A DNA stretch of 64,000 bases from Oligoflexia bacterium. GTDB taxonomy: Bacteria > Bdellovibrionota > UBA1018. Made by a program: the position numbers and the translations under genes. The stretch is taken from contig CAVWVI010000003.1 in NCBI GenBank assembly GCA_963758495.1, positions 992,001-1,056,000 of the forward strand, in the 5' to 3' direction. The notes below the pieces were generated by a model. The model was not told the origin of the DNA. It worked only from the letters and a program-made list of their open reading frames with translations, and did no database searches. Shown here in pieces: positions 40,014 through 49,719 of the stretch (positions are counted from its first letter, which is position 1; each line of letters opens with the position of its first letter).

Positions 40014-40742
40014 TTGATGATACAAGACTCCACTGAGATTTCTAACCACGTCACTGTCCTCGTTTTTAAAGACAATTACGCGGCGCGCACCTTTAAAATT
40101 CCTCTCAAATGGATTTCAAAATTAGGCCTACTCGTAGGATTCTTAGTTAGCCTCACCGTTATCAGCGTATTTATGGCCTGCAAATATTATAAAATCGCCT
40201 CAATCGCAGACCCATCCAAAATTCAAGATTTGGAGCAGGAATTATTAGAGCTAAGAACATCCATAAAAAAACCAACTCCCGCTGCCTCTGCCAATAACTC
40301 CCTTTTCTTTTCTGGATTTCCAGCTCTATCCCCTGTACTCCCTGACCCCTCTACTCTCCCTTTTTCCATCATTTCACATACCATTACTTGGCGCGACAAG
40401 ATGCTTCAAGTTCAGTTCTCGCTCCAATACACAAAAGAAGACCAGGGCAACCAACAAGGAAAAATTTTGATACTCGCTCGTGGCCCGAATTATCTCCTTT
40501 CTTATCCTCCCGCTACCCTCAATCGCGCTGGCACTCCCCATCTCATCTCACTTGAAAATGCAGAGCCCTTTTCCGTCACTCGCGTGCGGCACGTAAAAGC
40601 AGTATTTGGCCCTATTGCCACACACAAGGATCTTCAAGAGATCGAAATTTTCATTTTTGATAATCTAGGGCAAATTTTAAAATATCAAAAGTTTGAAACG
40701 CCTTCTATGACTCCGCCCCCCGAAAAGGAAGATGCTGCATGA
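40014..40742 (+). CDS. Hypothetical single-TM protein
   Basis: One TM near the N-terminus; overlaps the bactofilin start (ATGA). Confidence 0.7.
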   Translation: MMIQDSTEISNHVTVLVFKDNYAARTFKIPLKWISKLGLLVGFLVSLTVISVFMACKYYKIASIADPSKIQDLEQELLELRTSIKKPTPAASANNSLFFSGFPALSPVLPDPSTLPFSIISHTITWRDKMLQVQFSLQYTKEDQGNQQGKILILARGPNYLLSYPPATLNRAGTPHLISLENAEPFSVTRVRHVKAVFGPIATHKDLQEIEIFIFDNLGQILKYQKFETPSMTPPPEKEDAA

Positions 40743-41137
40743 ACCTCAAATCCCCCCAGGAAACGTCTATTAATATTGTGGCAGAGGGCACTCGGATCGA
40801 AGGAGTGATTACTTTCAATCAAGTTTCTCGGGTTCATGGCGTCTTGGTAGGGGAAGTTCGCGCCCAAGAGGGCAGTACTCTCATCCTGAGTGAAACTTCT
40901 GTCGTCGAAGGTAATATCCTAGCAGATACATTGATGATCGATGGTTACGTGAAGGGAGATGTGGTTGCGAAAAAAAGAGTCGTTCTCTCACGAACGAGTC
41001 GTGTGATTGGAACCATTAAAACTCCTTCACTCACATTAGAGTTTGGAGCTTATTTTGAAGGACGTTGTGCGATGGAAGAAAAACAAAACCATCCCTCGCG
41101 AAAAATAAGTGTTGAACAGGGCTCTGTGACAGCGTAA
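40739..41137 (+). CDS. Bactofilin (polymer-forming cytoskeletal protein)
   Basis: Beta-helix repeats 'IVAEGTRIEG', 'VVEGNI', 'IDGYVKGDV', 'GAYFEGRC'. Confidence 0.92.
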   Translation: MNLKSPQETSINIVAEGTRIEGVITFNQVSRVHGVLVGEVRAQEGSTLILSETSVVEGNILADTLMIDGYVKGDVVAKKRVVLSRTSRVIGTIKTPSLTLEFGAYFEGRCAMEEKQNHPSRKISVEQGSVTA

Positions 41138-41174
41138 AGATCAGCCCTCCGCTGCCACAGGACCCTCTGCAAAG

Positions 41175-42281
41175 TTAAATCCGAACAGGTTCGTATGATA
41201 ATCCCAAGTCTTCGGCAACTTGTTTATATGCAATTTTGCCGCTCAAGATATTTACCCCTTTACGCAAAGCTTCATCTTTAGTGATCGCTTCTCTCCACCC
41301 TAAATTGGCCAGCATCAGAGCGTATTTTAGAGTCACATTTGTGAGGGCATACGTAGAAGTTCTTGGAACCGCTCCAGGCATATTCGGAACAGCGTAATGA
41401 ACTACCCCATCAATGGTATAGGTAGGATGTTCATGGCTAGTCGGCCGGCAAGTTTCAACTGAACCTCCTTGATCTACTGCGACATCGACGACGACTCCGC
41501 CGGGTTGCATATTTGAGATCATTTCTCGAGTGACCAGTTTGGGTGCTTTAGCGCCCGGAACAAGTACGGCGCCGATGACTAAGTCCGCTGAAGTTACCGC
41601 ACGTTCAATCTGTTCGCTGTTGGAATAAAGAGTGGTGACTTCATTTCCGAAAATATCAGATAAGTAATCGAGGCGATTGATATTCACATCCATAATCGTA
41701 ACATGTGCACCTAGTCCAACGGCCATCTTGGCGGCATTCACTCCAACAACACCTCCCCCCAAAATGACTACTTTACCTCGTTCGACTCCAGTCACCCCTC
41801 CTAATAAAAGGCCTTTGCCCCCATGGTCATGTTGAAGAAAGGTAGCTCCAATTTGCGTTGCCATTCTGCCAGCAACTGCGCTCATGGGTGCTAATAAAGG
41901 CAGAGATCCATCGGTGAGTTGAATGGTTTCATAGGCAATTCCGACAATCTTTCTTTCCATCAGAGCTTTTGTAAGCCGTTCATCGGCAGCTAGATGTAAA
42001 TAAGTATAGAGAATCTGACCTTCTCTCAGAAGAGGATATTCTTCTGGAAGGGGCTCCTTTACTTTAATAATCATATCAGATTTTTCGTAGATCTCTTTTG
42101 GCGTTGCTAGTAAGGTGGCCCCTGCTTTGCGATAATCTTCGTCCAGAATCCCAACCCCATTGCCAGCGCTGTTTTGAACCAGCACTTTATGGCCTGCTTG
42201 AGTCAATGCGCGGACTCCCGCAATGACCATGCCTACTCTATTTTCTTTGTTTTTGATTTCTTTTGGTACTCCGATAATCAT
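41175..42281 (-). CDS. ald: Alanine dehydrogenase
   Basis: '[13 protein letters not shown]', 'YLHLAA', 'VDVAVDQGG'. Confidence 0.97.
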   Translation of the reverse strand: MIIGVPKEIKNKENRVGMVIAGVRALTQAGHKVLVQNSAGNGVGILDEDYRKAGATLLATPKEIYEKSDMIIKVKEPLPEEYPLLREGQILYTYLHLAADERLTKALMERKIVGIAYETIQLTDGSLPLLAPMSAVAGRMATQIGATFLQHDHGGKGLLLGGVTGVERGKVVILGGGVVGVNAAKMAVGLGAHVTIMDVNINRLDYLSDIFGNEVTTLYSNSEQIERAVTSADLVIGAVLVPGAKAPKLVTREMISNMQPGGVVVDVAVDQGGSVETCRPTSHEHPTYTIDGVVHYAVPNMPGAVPRTSTYALTNVTLKYALMLANLGWREAITKDEALRKGVNILSGKIAYKQVAEDLGLSYEPVRI

Positions 42282-42293
42282 AACTGTCCCCTC

Positions 42294-43067
42294 TTACTGA
42301 GTGTTAATAGTTAAACCGTCATAAGCGAAGGCAACTCCTTTAGGAAGTTTTTTTGACCCTACCGTGTAATCAAATTCATGACCCAGGTGTGTCAAAAATG
42401 CTTTTTTCGGTTTTAGTTTCGAAATAATACTTAATGCTCCTTCAAGGTTGAGGTGCGTATTGTGCGGGCCAAATTGAATACAGTCTAGAACTAATACGGA
42501 TAAGTCTTGCATTCTGTTCATGGTCGATTGAGGTATATAGTTGCAATCGGTTAGGTACGCAAGCGAGCCAATGCGATAACCCACAGTTTCCTTGGAGCCA
42601 TGAGAAACGGGCAACGGGATTATTTTTTGATCTAAAACCTCAACAAATGGATCTTGAGCTTGAAAGACATGAAGGTCAAGTTGGGGCTTTCCTCCTCCTT
42701 CTGAAGGGCTTGGGTCAAAAATATAAGCAAACTTCACTCGAAGCTCGCTACAAGTCCAATCATTGCCATAAACCTGAATTTTTGACTTTTGGATAAAGTT
42801 AAAGCTTCTGAGCTCGTCGATACCATGGATATGATCAGCATGGGGATGGGTTAATAATACGGCATCAATTCTCGGAATATTTGCACGAAGGGCTTGTTGG
42901 CGAAGATCGGGAGACGTATCTATTAACAGATTCTTATCGTTAATGCGAATCCAAGCGGAACACCGGAGTCTTTTGTTTTTACTGCTCTTGGATGTGCAAA
43001 CGGAGCATTTGCACTGAATGAGAGGTACTCCAGTCGAGGTCCCGCTACCCAAAATTTTAACAACCAT
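42294..43067 (-). CDS. MBL-fold metallo-hydrolase (PhnP family)
   Basis: 'LGSGTSTGVP', 'THPHADHIHG', 'AYDG'. Confidence 0.92.
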   Translation of the reverse strand: MVVKILGSGTSTGVPLIQCKCSVCTSKSSKNKRLRCSAWIRINDKNLLIDTSPDLRQQALRANIPRIDAVLLTHPHADHIHGIDELRSFNFIQKSKIQVYGNDWTCSELRVKFAYIFDPSPSEGGGKPQLDLHVFQAQDPFVEVLDQKIIPLPVSHGSKETVGYRIGSLAYLTDCNYIPQSTMNRMQDLSVLVLDCIQFGPHNTHLNLEGALSIISKLKPKKAFLTHLGHEFDYTVGSKKLPKGVAFAYDGLTINTQ

Positions 43068-43229
43068 ATTGAATCTTCCTCATTATCGCTTTTGCAGTGA
43101 TCCAGGTACCAAAAAATTAAATGTTTATGAAGGCTTTAGATAAACGAGCAACTTTAACAATAAGTGAGGTCAGAAGTAATCTGCTCAAATTTGATCTTTC
43201 AGCAAGAATAGCTCAAAGTATGGAGTGCT

Positions 43230-44558
43230 ATGAAAAATAAATTGCTCCTTGGTTGTTTAGCGGCCTTTCTTTTATTGAGTTCCTGTCGGAGAAAAGTGGA
43301 TGGCCTGGGTATCCAGTTGAGTCTTGAAAAATCTATTTTTTCAAATGGAATGACGGTTATTTTGGTCGAGGATCACACTGTGCCCGTTGTCAGTTATCAG
43401 ACCTGGTTTCGTGTTGGATCTGTGGATGAGAGCCCTGGAGTGACTGGGGTTTCACATTTATTTGAGCATCTCATGTTTAAAGGGACTGAAAAATACGGTT
43501 CGAGGCAGTTTTTTCAGCAATTGGAAGGGAGAGGGGCAGAGGTGAATGCTTTTACCACTCGAGATTACACGGTCTATTATGAAACTTTCGTAAAAAATCT
43601 CTTAGAAAAAGTCATCGATATGGAATCTGATCGCATGGCTAACCTCATTATAAATAATGATATTTTAAAAAGCGAAAAAATGGTTGTTCTCGAAGAGCGT
43701 CGTTTACGTATTGAAAGTATTCCTGAAGCCCAAATGCAAGAAGCTCTATGGAATCTTGCTTATAGGGTGCATCCTTATCAATGGCCCGTGATTGGGTATC
43801 CTGAGGATATTCTTAATATAGAAATGCCACAGTTGATCGATTATTTTAAATCTCATTATCAACCCGCTAATGCTGCGGTCATTATTGTAGGAGACTTTAA
43901 TTCAGATCAAGCTCTTACTTTATTAAAAAAATATTATGAGAAAATACCTTCTCAGCCAGTTCTAAAGCGAACTATTATTGTAGAACCGGAACAGACTGAA
44001 GAACGAAGGCTAGTGATTCGTGATCACGTCGCGTCAGAACGGTTTGCACAGGCTTATCATGTGAGTGCAGCGGATCAGAGTGATTCTTACGCATTAGATG
44101 TTTTAGCTAATATTCTTTTTGAAGGCTCGTCTTCGCGCGCTTATCGGAGATTAGTTGAAGAAAAAGATATTTTAGAAGGAATTTCTGGTTCGGCTTATAC
44201 TCCGACTTTTCCAGGGCTTTTTATCATAACTGGAACGATGAAAGCCAAACTTCCAAGCGCTCAAGCTGAGAATGCGCTGACCCATCTCATCGATGAAGTT
44301 CAAAACTTGGGTGTGACAGAAGAAGAGGTTCGTATTGCTGTGAAGCAACTTACAGTACAATTAATGGATTCCGTACGAACGCCCTACGGCCTGGGTCAGT
44401 TGATTGGTACTGTTCAAACGATTTTTGAAAATCCGACAAGATTTATTGATGATTTATCGAAGTATTCCGACATTCATGCCATTGATATTCAACGAGTTGC
44501 ACAAAAATACTTGAATCCTAATAATCGATCTGTTGTTACCCTTGTTCCAAGAAATTGA
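43230..44558 (+). CDS. M16B zinc peptidase, catalytic subunit (lipoprotein)
   Basis: 'HLFEH' HXXEH motif, 'NAFT'; lipobox 'LSSC'. Confidence 0.93.
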   Translation: MKNKLLLGCLAAFLLLSSCRRKVDGLGIQLSLEKSIFSNGMTVILVEDHTVPVVSYQTWFRVGSVDESPGVTGVSHLFEHLMFKGTEKYGSRQFFQQLEGRGAEVNAFTTRDYTVYYETFVKNLLEKVIDMESDRMANLIINNDILKSEKMVVLEERRLRIESIPEAQMQEALWNLAYRVHPYQWPVIGYPEDILNIEMPQLIDYFKSHYQPANAAVIIVGDFNSDQALTLLKKYYEKIPSQPVLKRTIIVEPEQTEERRLVIRDHVASERFAQAYHVSAADQSDSYALDVLANILFEGSSSRAYRRLVEEKDILEGISGSAYTPTFPGLFIITGTMKAKLPSAQAENALTHLIDEVQNLGVTEEEVRIAVKQLTVQLMDSVRTPYGLGQLIGTVQTIFENPTRFIDDLSKYSDIHAIDIQRVAQKYLNPNNRSVVTLVPRN

Positions 44559-45985
44559 GGATAAAAATGTCTGCTCCCATGCTTCATTGTTTTGTGACAA
44601 GTTTATTCACGGGGATTATTTTTGGAAATCTAACTCTTGCTTCTACACAAGTAAGTCTTCCGATTCCAGAAATCGAATCTCTGCCCAATGGGCTTAAGTT
44701 GGTATGGTTCCAAAATGATCATCTGCCTATGATTGATTTGTCTGTTATTGTTCAAGCAGGTTATCGCGATGATCCCAACACTAAGAGTGGGACTGCTGAA
44801 CTTGTGTCTACACTCTTAGACCGAGGATCATCTGGAATGAGCGCCCAACAGATGGCACATTCTATAGAAATGTTGGGCGCAAGTCGATTTGCAATAGTTG
44901 ATGATGATTCCTTAAGTGTGGGGTTGCATGGTTTGGCTCCCGATGCTCCTCTACTTTTGGAGTTGCTAGGGAAGATCATGATACAACCCAGCTTTCCTGA
45001 AGGAGAAGTCAAGAGAGAGACTGATCGTTTGATAGATCGATACAGTCATATTGAAGACTACAATGAAGCTCTTGTTTCTCTTGCTTATCATCGAATAGTC
45101 ACTGCTCACACCAGTTATGGTCGCGGTGGTTTACTGTCTCTCAAAGAGTTAAGCACGGTCAAACGAAAAGACATTGTAGAATATTATAAAAAATACTTTA
45201 CTCCTAAAAATAGCATACTCATGATTGTAGGGCGGGTAGATCAATTACAGTTTAGAAATAAAATACAATCCATTTTTGGTGCTTGGCAGGGGCAGGGGGA
45301 AGACGACCCGAAGCATGAATGGAAGAATTATTCAGATAAGCGATTGTCCGTGAATAAACGAACAGTCGTAGTAGTCGATCGCCCTGAATTAACTCAGGCC
45401 CAAGTTCGAATTGGATTTAAGGCTCCTTTAGTGAACGTTCCAGAACATTATAGTCTCACTGTAGCCAATGCCCTTTTAGGAGAATACTATAATAGTCGTT
45501 TGAACACTCTGATTCGGGATAAATTAGGATTAACTTATTCCATTAGTTCTGGATTTTCTTATAGCAAAGATTTTGCAGAATTTACGATTGCGTCTGCTAC
45601 CCGAAATGAAACAGTGGGGCTGCTCATTAACAAAACTCTGGGTGTCTTAAAGGGATTAATCAAGGGCCCGCTCAGCAATGACGAAGTCCAGTTGGCCAAG
45701 GCTTATTTGCTGGGTAGATTTCCGATTGCCACTTCTACTCTGAGCGATGTGGCCTCTCGCTGGCTGGTTGGGTATACTTTTGGAATGGGCACTGATTATC
45801 TAAATCAGTTCTCACCTCAAATCAATGAAGTGACAGTAGCGAGTGTTCAATCTGCAGTTTCAAAGTACTTTGATCTAGACCAGATAGTTATCGTAGTTGC
45901 AGGAAAGTCTATGGAAATACAAAAGAGCTTAATGGCAGCTCACTTGAAACCCATTAAGAAAGTTCGGGCATCGGATTTGAAGTAG
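44555..45985 (+). CDS. M16B peptidase, non-catalytic partner
   Basis: M16 fold without HXXEH; 'SRLNTLIRDKLGLTYSI' R/Y pair. Confidence 0.9.
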   Translation: MRIKMSAPMLHCFVTSLFTGIIFGNLTLASTQVSLPIPEIESLPNGLKLVWFQNDHLPMIDLSVIVQAGYRDDPNTKSGTAELVSTLLDRGSSGMSAQQMAHSIEMLGASRFAIVDDDSLSVGLHGLAPDAPLLLELLGKIMIQPSFPEGEVKRETDRLIDRYSHIEDYNEALVSLAYHRIVTAHTSYGRGGLLSLKELSTVKRKDIVEYYKKYFTPKNSILMIVGRVDQLQFRNKIQSIFGAWQGQGEDDPKHEWKNYSDKRLSVNKRTVVVVDRPELTQAQVRIGFKAPLVNVPEHYSLTVANALLGEYYNSRLNTLIRDKLGLTYSISSGFSYSKDFAEFTIASATRNETVGLLINKTLGVLKGLIKGPLSNDEVQLAKAYLLGRFPIATSTLSDVASRWLVGYTFGMGTDYLNQFSPQINEVTVASVQSAVSKYFDLDQIVIVVAGKSMEIQKSLMAAHLKPIKKVRASDLK

Positions 45986-47348
45986 TTATGTTTTGATACC
46001 AGCGAACTAAAACCCAATGAAGCACGGCAAACATAATCGCCCACATGCAAACTGCATATAAGGGCGTTGTGCCAAAAATCAGGGTTAAAAGATTATTCGA
46101 ATTGAGCTTCCCTTTTCTAAACTCAGGAATAATCAATTCCGTCAGTGGAGATGAATAGCCTTCGGATGCCATATATAAAACCGTCGACTTTGCTAACGTA
46201 GTCTGGATCAATCCAATTAAGGTGAGAGAAAAAAAACAGACCCTTGAAAATTCAGTTCGAGCCAATAAGCAAATACTCTCAAACAAAAGCAGAACTGCCA
46301 TATTCATTAAATAACGAGGACCATAGCACCACCCTCCCCACCAAGTAAAATGAGAAGATATGACCAAAAAACTAGAAATACCAAATGATGCCACATAGCT
46401 CGATGCAAGCCGACGCCATCTCAAAAAAGTGCTCCATTTCAAACAGAGCAAATACCCTATCAAAATCAATATAGGGGTATAAAAAACTAACCCTCGAAAA
46501 GGGCTCAAACTCAATCCCCATAGAGCACTCCATTTTGGGTAGAGAAATCCATAATTTGATTTAAGCTGTGCAAATTGTGCATCGGAATGAAATGCATAGG
46601 GACTTCGCCAAGGCGAGCCTGTAATGAGAAAATTATACACTAAGGCAAAACCTAGCCATGGAAGCAATCCAGATAAAAATCGAAATGCCTTAGATCGATC
46701 CTCATTATAGAAAATCTGAATGAACCAAATAGGAACAGCCAATGCAACCGTATATTCAGATAAAATTGACGCCCCTAGTAGATAACCGGATAAAATAGGA
46801 CGACATTTTTTTCTTAAACAAAGATAAGATCCTAGAAGCAAGGCAGCTGAAAGGTTGTGACCAAAGAAAGTCCCTGAATAGACAAAGACAAATGAACTAT
46901 AGAAGGGAAGCGTTGCTAAAAGAACGGGTGACACCCCCCCTCTCGTATCTTTAATACTCCAAAAACTGACTAATAACAAAAATACAAAGGGGACTACACC
47001 ACAAAGAAAATCCCCAAAAATTTGAACTGTTGCACCATCATAGCCAAAATTTTTCGTAGGGTGATGAAGGATTTGTCGGCAAAATCTATATATGCCGTAA
47101 ACAGGCATCACTATAAAACTTGTCAAAGGGGCCTTATCTGAATAGTAATGCCCATTCACGAAACTCTTGTCATTGGATAGATTCTTATATTTATCAATTT
47201 GAAGAGTTTTATCCTCGATTACCGTCAATACGGGGAGTACCCTCGAAGTTGGATTTGGACTGATGATTAAGTCCATAAAAAACCCCGCAAGAAAGAGTTG
47301 CGATAGGGTAAAAGCAATCATAAAGTATTTTATGCTTTGCCTCCTCAT
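45954..47348 (-). CDS. Polytopic membrane protein, GT-C-like
   Basis: Many TMs; 'YYSDKAP', 'WWGGWCYGPRY'. Confidence 0.6.
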   Translation of the reverse strand: MRRQSIKYFMIAFTLSQLFLAGFFMDLIISPNPTSRVLPVLTVIEDKTLQIDKYKNLSNDKSFVNGHYYSDKAPLTSFIVMPVYGIYRFCRQILHHPTKNFGYDGATVQIFGDFLCGVVPFVFLLLVSFWSIKDTRGGVSPVLLATLPFYSSFVFVYSGTFFGHNLSAALLLGSYLCLRKKCRPILSGYLLGASILSEYTVALAVPIWFIQIFYNEDRSKAFRFLSGLLPWLGFALVYNFLITGSPWRSPYAFHSDAQFAQLKSNYGFLYPKWSALWGLSLSPFRGLVFYTPILILIGYLLCLKWSTFLRWRRLASSYVASFGISSFLVISSHFTWWGGWCYGPRYLMNMAVLLLFESICLLARTEFSRVCFFSLTLIGLIQTTLAKSTVLYMASEGYSSPLTELIIPEFRKGKLNSNNLLTLIFGTTPLYAVCMWAIMFAVLHWVLVRWYQNITTSNPMPELS

Positions 47349-47415
47349 TCAGATCTAGCTCCTGATAAAATGGTTACTATAGACACACTGTGCGTCCCCG
47401 CTTATTCTAATCAGA

Positions 47416-48009
47416 GTGGCAAAAGAAAAAACAGAGACTCCTCCAGAAGAACCTATAAACCCCAACAAGGGGGCGTCAATATCTCAACTCATCGTGCCAC
47501 TTTTGAATTCAGTCGCCCTTATGGCAACCTTAGGCTTTATTTTTTATTCTAAATTACTTTTTAAAAAAGCCATTATCACAGAATCCACTGAAAGAGAACG
47601 CTTACTCGCTCTCCATCTCAAGCAAAACCCTACTCCCGTGTCAACCTACATCAGTTTTGATCCCATCACAGTGAACATCAAGGCCAATCCCGACCAACCC
47701 CTCCCTATGGATGGAACATCGCAACAAATTAATGGGAAACTTCATTTTATTACTCTCTCCTTTGCTCTGGAGATTAGGGATGCTGCTCAACAGGACTTTA
47801 TAAAGGCCGTGACCCCATTAATTTTAGATCGCCTCATCCTCATTTTAGGAAGAAAATACTACAGTGAACTGACCACTGTTCAGGGAAGATACATCCTCCA
47901 TTCCCAGTTTTTAGATCAAATCAACCCAGTCATTGCACCGCTCTTGCCTCAACCGACAAAGGAGGCAGTCATTACGAATATTTATTTCACACAATTTATT
48001 GTGCAATAA
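47416..48009 (+). CDS. FliL-family protein
   Basis: One N-terminal TM; 'FDPITVNI', 'ELTTVQGR', C-terminal 'IYFTQFIVQ'. Confidence 0.8.
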   Translation: MAKEKTETPPEEPINPNKGASISQLIVPLLNSVALMATLGFIFYSKLLFKKAIITESTERERLLALHLKQNPTPVSTYISFDPITVNIKANPDQPLPMDGTSQQINGKLHFITLSFALEIRDAAQQDFIKAVTPLILDRLILILGRKYYSELTTVQGRYILHSQFLDQINPVIAPLLPQPTKEAVITNIYFTQFIVQ

Positions 48010-48014
48010 TACCT

Positions 48015-49580
48015 CTAAAAGCTAACTCCAATCCTCACAGAAGTTGCGAATACAGGGGAAGTTGCATTGTCCTGGCTCGTATTAGAAAATGCGTAGAACC
48101 CTCCAGGGAAATACATTCCATTATCCCAATTAAATTGAAAGTATTCATCCCATTGAAAAGTAATCCCTAAATCGGCCTCAAACCCAAGAGATGCGCTTTG
48201 ATCTTTCCCTGCATTATTTTGTTGAACCGATTGAGTCCAATAATTATAAAAGTACTGGCCATTTCCTGCGGTTTGCGGCGCTATTGCATAGACTAGAGAA
48301 GGCCGAATCGTCCACTTGTCCCACGGCTTAAGATTTGAAGATAAAGCAATGTATTCAGCATCTACAATTGGATTATCATAGGGTGACCCTAATTGACTTT
48401 GACTCAAAGTTGGATTGTTCAACGTTTGAGGCTTAGAAAAATTTGCAAGCTGATAATTAAACATGATCATCGCAATATGATAATTGGGGTTAAAATAGAA
48501 CGTCTTGTAGGTGTCCATATTCGGACCTGACATATTCGGTTGACCCGAAGCATAACCCGTTTTTAGAATCAACTCGACCCCATCTGATGGCTTAAAGTTC
48601 GCCTCACCTGCAAAACCAAGCGCCTGATAAGTAGAAGAGCCCATTGAGCCTGACACAACAGGTATTTCAGCACCCAAAGTTAATTTACTAAATTTTTTCC
48701 TGGCATAAAAGTCATAGGTAATGAAATTCATTGCGCCTGTAACTGGAGAAGCAGGATTAGCTGTAGGGTTTTGACCTGGAACCAGAAGACTTCCACCTGC
48801 GTCTTGATTTGCTCCCGCCATGCGCTTGACAATATTCAAGCCCCCCTCAAGATCGTCCTCAGTATTTTCGTATTTAAAAATTAATGAATAATCAGCAACC
48901 CCGCCAGAGCCTAATCCAGGGCTACACACGCCGCCTGATACATTACAAGACCCGCCTATATTGTTCCCTGCAGAATTTAAAATAAAACTGGGAATAAAAG
49001 AAAATGATCCAAACTTTGCAATCCATCGAATCGCATCTCCAGTAGACATGTAACGATCCCATAGGTTTTCGCCACTATTCCAAACGAGACCCAATCCCCA
49101 TTGCAAAGGAACTCGTCCCACTTGAAAAGTTCCCACATCGCTCAGGAATTCACCCCAGAATCGTTGAGCGGTGATGGAAGAGCCCCGAGATTGGTTAGAG
49201 TAGTATTGACGTTGATCGACAGAATAGGGGACCGCATTTCCGAAAATACCGAATATAGGATCTCCAAGCCACCATTCAGATTTGATATAAATATTGTCGT
49301 TCACTACAAGCTTGGGCCGAAGTCTCAAGAAAAGACTCTGAAAGTTCGCATCCTGATAACCTCCACCAGGAACATAATATCCACCTTGATTGAGACGATT
49401 TGGATCAACGGTGGCCCCCTGGTCGGTGTTATCCATGGCATAATTATGTACGAAATTGAATTCCGACCAAAACTGGCCAGACCAGTCCAGCTCCATGGCG
49501 CTCACATTTTGTATGGAAACGATGACCCCCATAATTGCCAAAGCTAAAAGACTAAAGAAGGACAATACTCGCTTTTTCAC
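48015..49580 (-). CDS. Outer membrane beta-barrel protein (TIGR04551-like)
   Basis: SD GAGGAG + GTG 49580; signal peptide; 'GRVPLQWGLG', 'FNPNYHIAMIMF'; terminal Phe. Confidence 0.7.
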   Translation of the reverse strand: MKKRVLSFFSLLALAIMGVIVSIQNVSAMELDWSGQFWSEFNFVHNYAMDNTDQGATVDPNRLNQGGYYVPGGGYQDANFQSLFLRLRPKLVVNDNIYIKSEWWLGDPIFGIFGNAVPYSVDQRQYYSNQSRGSSITAQRFWGEFLSDVGTFQVGRVPLQWGLGLVWNSGENLWDRYMSTGDAIRWIAKFGSFSFIPSFILNSAGNNIGGSCNVSGGVCSPGLGSGGVADYSLIFKYENTEDDLEGGLNIVKRMAGANQDAGGSLLVPGQNPTANPASPVTGAMNFITYDFYARKKFSKLTLGAEIPVVSGSMGSSTYQALGFAGEANFKPSDGVELILKTGYASGQPNMSGPNMDTYKTFYFNPNYHIAMIMFNYQLANFSKPQTLNNPTLSQSQLGSPYDNPIVDAEYIALSSNLKPWDKWTIRPSLVYAIAPQTAGNGQYFYNYWTQSVQQNNAGKDQSASLGFEADLGITFQWDEYFQFNWDNGMYFPGGFYAFSNTSQDNATSPVFATSVRIGVSF

Positions 49581-49719
49581 CTGATGCTCCTCTCGATACC
49601 ACGCTGCGCGATGACGCATTTAATGGGTATACACTATGGTGTTAGCTGCGCTTGATCATTCCGTCAAGTTATGCCAGGTTTAATAACGAGTTTTGATCGA
49701 GTCAAGGAGATAACGTAAA

